Source: Squalus acanthias
Taxonomy: Eukaryota
Reading direction: 5' to 3'
Length of the DNA: 64,000 nucleotides
Assembly (NCBI GenBank): GCA_030390025.1
Contig: CM059452.1
Location: 6,758,001-6,822,000 of the forward strand
In this document: in pieces, positions 26,715 to 38,970 of the stretch
How positions within the stretch are numbered: the stretch's first letter is position 1
Layout: each line of letters opens with the position of its first letter
Position numbers and translations under genes: made by a program
Notes under the pieces: model-generated
Databases searched by the model: none
The model's input: the letters and a program-made list of their open reading frames with translations, nothing else
What the model was told of the DNA's origin: nothing

Positions 26715-27300
26715 CTATTATTACACTAGACCCTGTCGTTGTTTATATTACACTAGACCCTCTCTCTGTTTATATTACACTAGACCCTGTCTCTGTTTAT
26801 ATTACACTAGACCCTGTCTCTGTTTATATTACACTAGACACTGCCTCTGTTTATATTACACTAGAACCTGTCTCTGTTTATATTACACTGGACCCTGTCT
26901 CTCTTTATATTACACGAGACCTGTCTCTGTTTATATTACACTAGACCCTGTCTCTGTTTATATTACACTAGACCCTCTCTCTGTTTATATTAAACTGGAC
27001 CCTGTCTCTGTTTATGTTACACTAGACCCTGTCTCTCTTTATATTACACTACACCCTGTCTCTGTTTATATTACACTAGTCCTTGTCTCTGTTTATGTTA
27101 CACTAGATCCTCTCTCTGTTTATATTTCACTAGACCCTGTCTCTGTTTATATTACACTAGACCCTGTCTCAGTTATTACTATACTAGACCCCGCCTCAGT
27201 TTATATTACACTAGTCGCTGTTTCAGTAATTATTGCACTAGGCCCTGCCTTATTTGTTACAGCCCATGACTTTGTTTATATTATAATAGGCCTCATCTCA
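26715..27300. repeat. 27 bp minisatellite (second block, same unit)
   Basis: Same tacactagaccctgtctctgtttatat unit. Confidence 0.95.
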
Positions 27301-27304
27301 GGTA

Positions 27305-27835
27305 ACATAAGAACATAATAAATAGGAGCAGGAGTAGGCCATTCGGCCCCTCGAGCCAGCTCCGCATTCAATAAGACCATTACTGATCCTCCACCTCAAC
27401 TCCACTTTCCTGCACTATCACCATATACCGTGATTCCTTTAACATCCAAAAATCTATTGATCACTAACGACTGAGCCTCCACAGCCCTCTGGAGTAGAGA
27501 ATTCCAAAGATTCACCACCCTCTGAGTGAAGAAATTTCCCCCCTCATCTCAGTCTAAATGGCCGACCCCTTATTCTGAGACTGTGACCCCTGTTTCTAGA
27601 CTCCCCAGCCAGGGGAAACATCCTCCCTGCCTCTAAACTGTCAAGCACTGTAAGAATTTTGTATGTTTCAATGAGATCACCTCTCATTCTTCTAAAATCT
27701 AGAGAATATAGGCCTATTCTACTCAATCTCTCCTCATAGGACAATCCACCCATCCCATAAATCAGTCTGGTGAACTATCGTTGGACTCTCTCTATGGCAA
27801 GTATATCCTTCCTTCAGTAAGGAGACCAAAACTGC
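27305..27835 (-). mobile_element. CR1 LINE 3' fragment
   Basis: GLSYEERLSRIGLYSL.FRRMRGDLIETYK plus 3' tail. Confidence 0.85.
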
Positions 27836-27899
27836 AGGATGCAGGGTGTCCTTGAAGCGTTTCCTCTGCCCACCTGGGGCTCTCTTGCCATGTCGGGAT

Positions 27900-28330
27900 G
27901 AAAGACTTCAGTTACGTGGAGAGACTTGAGGAACAGGTTTTGCTCTGAATAGAGCAGAGAAAGTTGAGAGGACATTTAATAGAAGTGTTCAAAATTATGA
28001 GGAGTTTTGATAGAGTAGATAGGGAGAAATTGTTTCCACTGACACAAGGGTCGGTAACTGGAGGACACAGATTTAAGATAATTTGCTGAAACAACAGAAG
28101 GGTTAGGAGGAGAAATTTGTTGAGGCACTCAGTCGTTATGATCTGTAACGCACTGCCTGGGAGGATGGTGGAAGCAGATTCATTAATAACTTTCAAAAGA
28201 GAATTGGATATATACTTGAAAAGCAAAAATGTGCAGGGCTGTGGGTAAAAAACCCGGGAACTGGACTAATTTGACAGCTCTTTCAAAGAGCCTGCACAGG
28301 CACCATGACCTCCTTCTGTGCTGTATGATT
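27900..28330 (+). mobile_element. CR1 LINE 3' fragment
   Basis: Degenerate SYVERL...RKLRGHLIEVFK motifs. Confidence 0.7.
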
Positions 28331-28419
28331 CAATGATTCAGCCCACAGGAATTGCACTCTGTGCTGCAGCTCTATCTGACCGCACTGAAACTCATCCTCC
28401 ACCAAAACAGACCGCAGGC

Positions 28420-28924
28420 AGCTTTTGTACGAGAGGAGAACTAGGTCATATCTCTGTGTCGGAGCGATGGGGCAAATCCACAGATGTACAGCGCCGTGTT
28501 ACTCAGCTGGAGATCAGTGACGGTTAAAGTAGACACTTCTGAGGATGTCTTTAATTCAGAAGTGAAGCGATTCCCAATATTTTTTGCTTTTCTCCAACTG
28601 GTGCTGGAACTTCTCCACACGATATTTCCAGAGGTGTATCGGGATACTTTCGGTACCAGTACAGGTCGTACCAGCCTGTTGTTGTTGAATAGCTACATTG
28701 CGTCCTGAAAGTCTGTCCCATTTTCAGGACTACAGCCGACCAATCCTGAGACAGAGAATCTCCCTGACTTAGATCTGTTGACAAGACTGAAAGTATTGAT
28801 TGGAGGTTAATTGTGGGTTTAATATGAAACTTTGTTTAACGTAGTTTTGTTCTATAACATCATTTAAAGACTTACTAAATGCTGAGCAGGTGAAGTTAAT
28901 CAAAAGGGTGAATTTGAAATGCAT
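28420..28924 (-). pseudogene. TCR alpha/delta V segment with a 1-bp frameshift (leader 28876-28924, V exon 28459-28774, 23-RSS 28420-28458)
   Basis: Leader MHFKFTLLINFTCSAF. V reads LSQGDSLSQ...QCSYSTT..YDLYWYRKYPD..LE, then after restoring 1 nt YIVWRSS...GNRFTSEL...LQLSNTALYICG. RSS cacagag-23-acaaaagct. Confidence 0.85.
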
Positions 28925-30838
28925 GATCTCCGACAGTCCCAGCCAGTGTGGGCCTCTCCGGGTCGAGCTGATTTCCAATACTCTCATTTGCTGGGAAGCT
29001 GACCAAGTATTTGCATTGAGCAGTTCGCAGCAATATTCTTCAATGACAAATCATGTGCTCAAGGTTAAACCAATCGTGACCGTCCGTTAACGGTCCTTGC
29101 GATGATTGGATATATGGGAGAGAGACCCAGTCTGATTGCATAAACAGAAGTGGAATGTTAATTCATTCTCGGGCTGGAGGTATCGTTGGCGAGGCCGCCT
29201 TTTTTGCCGGTCCCCCGTTGTCCTGAATTGGTGACTCCAGTCCAGTCCCAATGCGGTTGACACTTAGCTGCCTTATAAAGTGGCCCAGCAAGACCGTCAG
29301 TTGTAACATTGCAAGTAGAAGATGGAAAGTACATGCTGGTCTTGCCAGCGAGGTCAACATAAATTTAGAAAATGATTTAAAATTGTTCCTGAACCAATTC
29401 AACACGTGACCGACATCACCGCACCCTGATTATTGTATCTGCTCCCCTTCCTTTACCGTCAGTGGTCGTTGATTAAAGGCATACAGAATTCTCGGTGTCA
29501 CCATCTTGCTTTTTAAACAAATATTGTGCCAAACTGGTGACTTGTCGGGTCCTCTGTGTTTCAGATCTTCACATCAGGATGTTGATTTCGATCGAACCCT
29601 TTTCCACTGCAATAATTTCCGGCATCCGACTGGTTCCTCATATTCAGTTGACAAACTCCATCTTAAACTAAGGCGGGGACTTCACTGAGCGGAAGGGTGG
29701 AGTCCCGCCGCCCCCTGGTGGCTGGCCCAAACATTGCACGCGGTGCTCCGGGACAGACTCTTAAGAAAAAGCCAGATAAGAATAAGAAAAATGTGAATTT
29801 CGCCGTGTCCTGGCAATTAGAGCTTAAAAAAGAAATAAACTGCGCTTGCTAGAAAAGGTGATGCTAGTAACAGGAATAAAACAACTTTCAAAATTTAGAT
29901 GAATCAAAATAACCATGATAGGTGGTTTATTCAGATATAAATCAGTCTAAATATGTAACTCAATGATTACTTGACCACACACCAGAAGCGCTTTGGGGAA
30001 TCTGAACACACTGGATAAGGCTTTATGTAAATATATAGTTTCTGATCATGTTTGCTGCACACAATCAGCGCGTTTCCTCGGTGCTATAGACCTGCCACTG
30101 GGTTTGCCTGGTGTGTACAGCTCCTTGAACGGTTGGAGCACAACGTCACGTTGTTTGGGCAGAAGATTCTCTCTGTTAGTGACACCTGTAAGAGGAAGTT
30201 TGTGTATCTTGTGAACTTACCGGTTAATAGAGCTGCAGCTGCGACGACTGAGTAAAAAGACACACCCAACATGTTTGCAGAGAGTTGATGACGGATTTGA
30301 ACATAACGGGTTGAACATGTAATTGTTTTAGTCAAGAGCTGGGAAGATATTGAGTAATATCCGGTCTCACTGCCGATTGGTTCATTCCTGACAGAGTCAA
30401 CAGATGACATTCAATCAGCTCACGTGTCCTTTGTTCTCCAATTCATCCAATCATCTCACAGTTCCTTTGTTCTCCAACTCATGACGTCAGAGCGGGGAGC
30501 GGGGAACGGAGTAAAATTGTTCTCCTTACAACAGTGAACTGGAGTGGGATTAAACCCAACGTTGGCCCTTTAGCATGGTCATACTGTGAGGTGGAGGCAG
30601 CGAAGGGAAATAGTTCATGTTGTTTGGTATAAGTGCCGGAGAGTCCCATTAAAAGAGCTGCTCTCTGACCATGAGAACTCCCACAGCCGATATAAATGGG
30701 AATAATACATATAATTACAGAGTGTACAGCACAGAAACAGGCCATTCGTCCAAACTCGTCTTTATAATTTGGTTTGCGTTATATTATCTGATCATAATCC
30801 AGGTCCAAGATCTGATTCAATGAAAGGAGGTGAGAGTT

Positions 30839-31315
30839 TGTTTTTGTACGGACTGACTGCGCCCCTGTAACAGTGTGGGGGCTCAGCGCACAGAAATACA
30901 CGGCAGAGTCAGAGACAAGAGCGCCGGAGACGATTAAAGAACCGTTTTCTTGTCTTGGTCCAAATCAGCAGAGAATCGGTCTGGGGTATCTGGAGACCTT
31001 ACCCCCTGCCCCTTGCCGTATCTCTTCAGTAAATATATCGGAGCTTCCCCGGGGTACTGGATGTACCAGAAGAGAGTTGAGCCACCGTACTCTGCCGAGT
31101 AACTACAGTTCAGTATTATGGTCTGTCCTTCCTGAGACGTTAATTCTGGCGGATCCTGAGAAACTGAATCTTCGCCACTCGTTCCTGTAACAAAATACAA
31201 AATATGTGAAAAGCCTGTGAGTGAATACAACCCATGGAACACACACTGGCCATTTAAACATGGACTCACCGGGCAGCACGACCATTATTATCAATAATGA
31301 ACATGGGGAGCACAT
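30839..31315 (-). pseudogene. TCR alpha/delta V segment with a 1-bp frameshift in FR3 (leader 31270-31315, V exon 30878-31184, 23-RSS 30839-30877)
   Basis: Leader MCSPCSLLIIMVVLP. V reads GEDSVSQDP...LNCSYS...LFWYIQYPGEAP...DRFSADLDQDKKTV; the shifted frame continues LIVSGALVSDSAVYFCALS. RSS cacactg-23-acaaaaaca. Confidence 0.9.
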
Positions 31316-31580
31316 GGTGTCTGGTTTAGAGTTCGACAGAAAATAACACAAATTTCTAAACATGTGTGATATTAAAGATTACACCCAGATCAGGGGCAGG
31401 CTTCACTTATTGAGAAACTGAGGGGCGTCTCCCAGGGACAGGATTGGCTGGTCTCTCAGAACTGTCTTCAGTTTTGCACCAATGAGTGTTAATTGTGTCC
31501 AATTACTGCAGGATCTCTCTAAACTCTTTCCTTGCCTGTCTGTTTGTGGCATTGTCTCGCTCTATATATGTCTATTTAAC

Positions 31581-31584
<4 letters not shown>

Positions 31585-31650
<66 letters not shown>
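31585..31650. repeat. (CT)n(AT)n microsatellite
   Basis: Seen directly. Confidence 0.95.
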
Positions 31651-31651
<1 letters not shown>

Positions 31652-31829
31652 GTCTTTTCCTCTCATTGTATCTCTGTCGCTCTCGCATTAAGGTGAAAAG
31701 TGAAGAAATTCCTGCAGTCACTGTGTCCCATTAATAGTTGCAATCTTAAGAATATGAATTAAATGACATACACACACGCCAACATTAACAAAAATACACA
31801 GAATTTTTGATATCTGTGGAGGTTATTGA

Positions 31830-33930
31830 CGTATATTCAGTTGTACTTTGCTTGAGAAAGAAAGACTCTAAGAGAAGGATGAACCATCCGTGGCTAACTG
31901 AGGAAGTAAAGGATCGTATCAAATTGAAAACAAAAGCATACAATGTTGCGAAGAATAGTGAAAGGCCAGGGGATTGGGAAATTTTTAAAAACCAACAAAG
32001 TACGACTAAAAAAGAAAGGTTAAAGAGAGAGAAGATAGCTTATGAGAGTATAATAGCAAGAAATATAAAAACAGACAGTAAGAGCTTCTACAGGTATATA
32101 AAAAAGAAAGAGAGTAGCTAAAGTAAACGTTGGTCCCCTAGAGGATGAGTCTGGGGAATTAATAATGGGAAACAGGGAAATGGCAGAGACTTTGAACAAA
32201 CAGTTTGTATGGGTCTTCACGGTAGAATACATTAAAAGCATCCCAATAATGGACAATCAATGGGCTATTGGGTGGAGGGGGAACATAAAACAACCGCTAT
32301 CACTAGAGAGAAAGTACTAGGCAAACTAATGGGACTAAAGGTGGACAAGTCCCCTGGACCCGATGACCTGCACCCTAGAGTCTTAAAAGAGGTGGGGGCA
32401 GAGATAGTGGATGCATTGGTTGTAATCTACCAAAATTCCCTGGATTCTGGAGAGGTCTCAGCGGACTGGAAAACCGCAAATGTAATGCCCCTATTTAAGA
32501 AATGAGGGAGACAGAAAGCAGGCAACTATCGACCAGTTAGCCTAACATCTGTCATTGGGAAAATGCTGGAGTCCATCATTAAGGAAGTGATAGCAGGACA
32601 TGTGGAAAATCATAATATAGTCAAACAGAGTCAGCATGGTTTTATGAAAGGGAAATCATGTTTTACAAATTTGCTGGAGTTCTTTGAGGATATAACGAGC
32701 AAGGTGGATAAAGGGGAACCAGTAGATGTCGTGTATTTGGATTTCCAGGAGGCATTCGATAAGGTGCCACATAAAAGGTGCTACACAAGATAAGAGCTCA
32801 CGGGGATGGGGGTAATATATTAGCATGGATAGAGGATTGGCTAACTAACAGAAAACCGAGAGTCGGGATAAGTGGGTCATTTTCAGGTTGGCAAACTGTA
32901 ACTAGTGGTGTGCCGCAGGGATCGGTGCTTGGGCCTCAACTATTTACAATCTGTATTAATTACTGGGATAGAGGTACTGAGTGTAATGTAGCCAAATTTG
33001 CTGATGATACAAAGATAGGTGGGAAAGCAAATTTTCTGGAGGACGCAAATAATCTCCAAAGCGATATAGATAGGCTAAGTGAATGGGCAAAAATCTGGCA
33101 GATGGAGTTTAATGTGGGACAATGCGAGGTTATCCACCTTGGTAGGAAAATATAAAAGCAAATTATTATTTAAATGGGGAGAGATTACAAAATGCTGAAG
33201 TACAGTGGGATCTGGAGGTCCTTCTACATGAATCACAAAAAGTTAGCGTGCAGGTAAGCAAGCAATTAGGAAGGCAAATGGAGTGTTGGCCTTTATTGCA
33301 AAGGGAATGGAGTATAAAAGTAGGGAAGTCCTGTTACAACTGTACAGGGCGCTGGTGAGACCACACCTGAAGTACTGTGTACAGTTTTGGTCTCCTTATT
33401 TAAGGAAGGATATACTTGCATTGGAGGCAGTTCAGAGAAGGTTCACGAGGTTGATTCCGGAGATGAAGGGGTTGTCTTATGAAGAAAGGTTGAGCAGGTT
33501 CGGCCTATACTAATTGGAGTTTAGAAGAATGAGAGGGGATCTTATTGAATCATGTAAGATTCTGAAGTGGCTTGACACGGTAGATGCAGAGAGGATGTTT
33601 CGCCTCGTGGGGGAATCTAGAATTAGGGGGCATAATTTCAGAATAAGGGGAGCCCCTTTTAAATCGGAAATGAGGAGGAATTTCTTCTTCCAGAGGGTCG
33701 TGAATCTGTGGAATTCTCTACCCCAGAGAGCTGTGGCGGCAGGGTCATTGAATATATTTAAGGTGGAGATAGACAGATGTTTGAACGATAAGGGAGTCAA
33801 GAGTTACGGGGAACGGGCAGGGAAGTGGAGTTGAGGCCAAAATCAGATCAGCCATGATCTTATTGAATGGCGGAGCAGGCCCGAGGGGCCAAATGAACTA
33901 CTCCTGCTCCTACGTCTTAGGTTCTTATGT
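31830..33930 (+). mobile_element. 5'-truncated CR1 LINE (RT domain, multiple stops and frameshifts)
   Basis: KSPGPD, WKTANV, QHGF, YLDF.AFDKV, SGVPQGSVLGP, KFADDTK motifs and 3' tail cctactcctgctcc..ttcttatgt. Confidence 0.95.
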
Positions 33931-34019
33931 TGAAATGTAAGCTATTTAACAAGTGATCAGAGAGCGCACTCCTGCGTCAAGTACAAGCCTCACACAGAGT
34001 ACTGGAAACAAGCACATGA

Positions 34020-34440
34020 CCACAGACACCCACACACAGACACACGCACACTCAAACACACACACACACTCAAAGCACACACACAAGCACAGGCACACTC
34101 AAACACACACACAGACATGCACACATTCATACACTGAAACACACGCACACTCAAACACACACACACTCAAACGCACACAAAGACACACATACATAGACAC
34201 ACACACATTCGTACACTGAAGCGCACACACACTCAAACACACACATACGCAGACACTCTTACACACCCAAACACGCACCTAGACACACATTCACACACAC
34301 GCAAACACGCAACCAGACACACACTCATACATACACACGCACACACACACGCACACACACAGAAACACACAAACACAGATAGACACACACTCAAACACAC
34401 ACAGACACACATACCGGAATAACCACAGACTGGCACACAA
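34020..34440. repeat. Degenerate (CA)n microsatellite
   Basis: Seen directly. Confidence 0.9.
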
Positions 34441-34679
34441 TGATTCTTATCTTGTGGACGTTATTTATATATATTCAGTTGTAAATTGTTTGAGATGAAT
34501 GAGGAACAGACTCGATGTAAACTCTTCTAGAATTGGATTCATTCCGTCTCTCAACAATGTGCCAAAAGGTTTCCCAACCAATCAGACAATCCCTGAGGAT
34601 CATGTGACAAGCTGCACCCGCCCATCCCTGAGTCACGGGTTGTATATTTGTCCTTTCACACTTCTCTTCCTGGACACAA

Positions 34680-35130
34680 TCAGCACAGCCCCGTTCACTC
34701 GGTGCGATCTACTTGCTGCTGTCTTTACCTGATAAGTGCAGGTCCCTGAACGGATCAAATCATTAATCTCATATTGTTTGCGCAGCAACTTGTCCACATT
34801 CTGTTTTCAGATGCAATGGGATCTAAATTCACTAAACAGGTGCAATCTGTGCGATGGGGGCAGTAAAGGGAACGAGTTAATGTTGTTCTGGTATCAGTGC
34901 CGGAGGCTCCGATTAAAAGAGCTGCTCACTAATCATCAGATCTACCCACTGCTGATATAAACAGGAATATAGACGGCCAGCGGGTCCTGAGGGACTTGAA
35001 CACAACGATACGGTAAATTGTACAAACGCCACCTGTTATATGAATGAAATGGGGAATGACTGACATGTTTGAGCAGAATGGGAGGATGCGAGCAGCGGAT
35101 AGGCTCAGTGATACCACGGTGAGTTGGTCA
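34680..35130 (+). pseudogene. Possible highly degenerate V-gene relic, paralogous to patches at 30060-30300 and 30590-30720
   Basis: Leader-like RSLGAIYLLLSLP-G with a mutated donor (ataagt), acceptor ttttcag at 34810 and an FWYQ-like motif. No intact frame or convincing RSS. Confidence 0.3.
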
Positions 35131-36020
35131 TTAAAATATTTGCAACATGTCATTAATAATACATTAATAATTCACAATAATGTTAAAAATAAAACAATGC
35201 TTCCATTTGAAATTAATGCCTTTACTTCTGAATCTCTTTATTAAATAACGGAACTGAACGGTGTTGTCCGTCTGTAACTCGCCCTCACACTGAAACCAAC
35301 AGTGAACACATCCGCCCACTGCCCTCTGGTGGCGACTACCTGTAACTACAAGCTACAAATCCCGCCGTGTTGCAGTTCACCAGATCACTGAGAATGAGGG
35401 AGGCCATTCGGCTTATCTTGTCTCATCCATCCAGAGAGATCCTAACTCCCGCCCCTCACTGCAGCCTCAAACTTTTCCTTAAACGATTCCAGGGTATTTC
35501 CCTCGGCCACTCTATGCAGAAGTATATTCCACACATTAATCACTCTGTGTGTGTGAAGAATTTCCTGGTGCCCGCCCTAAAATGAGCTTTTATACATTGA
35601 CCCCGTGTCCCCAGCTTCTACTTCCACAGCTCAGTTTAAAGTAATATTGCGGGTTCGGATTTAATGCTGATACTCCTCTTGGAGTCATTGCAGTCGGGCA
35701 CTGGGACACGCTGCTGCTTAAAACAGCTCCTGTGTCATCTGCTTCATCATTCCACTTCAGAGAAAAGGCTCATTGCGAGAGAAAGTGAGCACCAGGCGAC
35801 TATTTCCTTCTTCTCACTCAATCTTCATCAGCCCCGCCCACAGCTTCCGTTTGCTGCTCTCGCTCTGACCCGCCTTGCCTGCCCTGTGTTATTGGAGGGA
35901 TTGCTGCCGCTGTTCCCTGTTTGGCATTGGTTGGATCAGCAGTGCAGTGGGGCGGGGATCTGTATTTCTGCTCCCACAGAGGATTTTCCGGACTGCAGAG
36001 TTACAGACTCAGGGAGCATC

Positions 36021-36335
36021 ATGCGGAACCGTCTCGCATCGCTCCTCATCATTATATCACTTCTCAGTAAGTATTTCCTCCCCAGTAAACAGCCATTCTC
36101 CCCCTGACTGCTGTAACCCAGGTGTTATTGTTGGTGAAATGGTGATGATGATGGTGGATCAACACACATTTCATCTTGTCTCTAATTTCCAACACGGTAT
36201 GAATCTGAATTTTAAAAACTCGCTGGTCTGTCCTTTTCCTGTTTCAACATGTTTTTTTCAGATCTGAATCATGGTGATTCTGTCATTCAGACGCTGTCTT
36301 CAAGAGTTAAGACAAAACGAGAAGCGGTGACTTGT
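36021..36335 (+). pseudogene. Orphan TCR V leader (36021-36066) plus truncated V 5' fragment (36262-~36335)
   Basis: MRNRLASLLIIISLL-gtaagt; acceptor ttttcag then LNHGDSVIQTLSSRVKTKREAVT, which ends abruptly. Confidence 0.7.
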
Positions 36336-36461
36336 GGAGTGTTCTGTTTTCTCGCCCTTTTTAGAAGGTCCCTGTGACTCTCACTGTGGAGACTGAATTA
36401 TCGCTTGTTTATCGGCGTGAGAGCGCCCTCTGGTGAGCACTAACCGGAACTCTCAGTGTGG

Positions 36462-36995
36462 GGTTTTTGTACGGGATGCGCTATATCTCTGAAGCAATGT
36501 GGGGCTCATGGCACAGAAATACACGGCGGTGTCGGAGATCCGGACTTTGCCGATCGTTAGCTCGGTAATCTTGGTAGTTTTATTAAACCTAGAATTGAAT
36601 CGGTCAGTAACGTCATGGTTCCGGTTCACATTCCCTCCGATAAGATGAAGTACGTACTGTGGTGGCTTCCCGGGGTGCTGACTGTACCAGTACACATAAG
36701 GGTTAGTATCGCTTGTTTTCAAGGTGCAGGTTAGTGTGACATTGCTTTCCTCTTCAACCGTCATTTCAAGGACCGTCTGTTCCACTGTGTCTTGGTGGCT
36801 CCATTCTAAAATAAAATAACAGTAATAGTCATCACCATCACATCATCATCACCATCAGTGTCATCTTAAGCAACATAATCATCATCATTTTAGCAACAAT
36901 AACATCTGGGTTACAGCAGTCAGGGGGAGAATGTGAAGGAAATACTTACTGAGAAGTGATATAATGATGAGGGGAGAAGTGATACGGGTCCACAT
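36462..36995 (-). CDS. TCR alpha/delta V segment, intact (leader 36950-36995, V exon 36502-36805, RSS 36462-36501)
   Basis: Leader MWTRITSPLIIISLL. V reads WSHQDTVEQ...VTLTCTLK...VYWYSQHPGKPPQYVL...DTAVYFCAMS. RSS cacattg-24-acaaaaacc. Confidence 0.92.
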
Positions 36996-37800
36996 GATCT
37001 TCCCTCCGTCTGTAAGTCTGCAGTCCGGGAAATCCACTTTCGGAGCAGAAATACAGATTCCCGCCCCACTGCACTGCTGATCCAAGCAATGCCAAACAGG
37101 GAACAGCGGCAGCAATCTCTCCAATAACACAGGGCAGGCAAGGCGGGTCAGAGCTAGAGCAGCAAACGGAAGCTGTGGGCGGGGCTACCGCGGGCAGTGT
37201 TACCGCAAGATTTGTCTCTATAATTTCCAGTTGATGACGGCGAGAAACACGTGACCACGGCGCCCTCTGCCGGTGACTCTGAGAATTTTACACTGTCGGG
37301 AAAATCGGTAGAGTAAAGTGTGAGTTTATCGGTGGGGCAGTTTCCAGAGGCCTGTTATTGTGAGACAATGTGTATTGTTTCAGACACTTCAGCTTTGTAA
37401 ACAGGGGGAAGGGAAATGCGAGTGAATTTAAAGGAAAGGACATTTTTCTTTAATTCTGAATCTCTTTATGGCTTTTTCTTACCTTTTAACTTTATGTTTC
37501 TCACTCGTTATTTCTCACATTCTTTCATTTCTCTTTCCCTCCTTTCCTAACCTGCTGTCCTCTACACTCTCATTATTACACCGCTTTTTCTCTTTCTCTC
37601 TCATTCTCTCTTTGGTGTATTCTCTTTCTTTTCCTCTGTCTATGTTTCCAACTCCTTCATTTCTCACTTTCTTTAAATCATTCTCTTCAATATATCATCA
37701 TTGTTCTGTGCTCAGTCCCTCTGCCCTCCGATTATTATAACCGGGCCCCTCCCAATCCCGTTGCTCCAAACACAGCAGAGCGGCGCTCACCCTCGGGGCA

Positions 37801-38173
37801 GGTTTCTGTGCGGACTCTCCGCCTGTTTGTTACACTGTGGGCTCACGGCGCAGAGATAGGTGGCGGTGTCTGTCACTCGCGCGTCTCTCACAGTCAGGGC
37901 ACTGAGTTTATTGCCTCCCCCGATTGAAGCAGTGATCCTCCCGTGTTGATCGGCCCCGCTTGTGGCCATCACCAGATGCTGGAGGGTCTGATCCGGGTCC
38001 TGTCTGTACCAGTGCAGGACGCTAAACGCAGCGGTAGTGGAGCAGTTGATGGACACGATTCCCTCTTCACTAACAACCACCCGCCGAGGGAGCTGCTTCA
38101 CCTCATCCTCGCCGCTCACATCCGTGCAGATCAGAGTGTAAATCAGCAGGGAAACTCTGTAAATCCGGAGCAT
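37801..38173 (-). CDS. TCR alpha-type V segment with leader and V in one exon (coding 37840-38173, 23-RSS 37801-37839)
   Basis: Continuous ORF MLRIYRVSLLIYTLICT-DVSGEDEVKQ...SINCS...LHWYRQDP...DTATYLCAVS. RSS cacagtg-23-acagaaacc. TATA-like aatataat at ~38243-38250. Confidence 0.88.
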
Positions 38174-38349
38174 TTTCCGATCAGATGAAGAGGAGGCTGA
38201 AAGAACTGTACACAGAGGTCGGGTTAGAACCAGGACACTGATATTATATTCAGGGTAATTAACAAAGAGACAGACTCTCGCTTCTTGTCCAACGCAGAGG
38301 TTTCTTCCTGTCGAAATAACGAAACAAGCTGTATCTCTGGGTTTACCCA

Positions 38350-38970
38350 CCCCGGGCCGCCCACACTCAGTGTTTCTCACTGACGCCAGCTCACACTGTC
38401 TCTGAGCTCACACTGGGCCGCTCACACTCAGTGTTTCTCACTGACACCAGCTCACACTGTCTCTGAGCTCACAACGGGCTGCCCACACTCAGTGTTTCTC
38501 CCTGACACCAGCTCACACTGTCTCTGAGCTCACACTGGGCCGCCCACACTCAGTGTTTCTCACTGACACCAGCTCACACTGTCTCTGAGCTCACACCGGG
38601 CCGCTCACACTCAGTGTTTCTCACTGACACCAGCTCACACTGTCTCTGAGCTCACACCGGGCCGCTCACACACAGTGTTTCTCACTGACACCAGCTCACA
38701 CTGTCTCTGAGCTCACACCGGGCCTCTCACACTCAGTGTTTCTCACTGACACCAGCTCACACTGTCTCTGAGCACACACCGGGCCGCCCACACACTGTTT
38801 CTCACTGACACCAGCTCACACTGTCTCTGAGCTCACCCCGGGCCGCCCACACTCAGTGTTTCTCACTGACACTAGCTCACACTGTCTCTGAGCTCACTCC
38901 GGGCCGCCCACACTCAGTGTTTCTCATTGACACCAGCTCACACTGTCTCCGAGCTCACACCGGGCCGCGA
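38350..38970. repeat. 61 bp minisatellite (~10 copies)
   Basis: Unit gggccgcccacactcagtgtttctcactgacaccagctcacactgtctctgagctcacacc. Confidence 0.95.
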
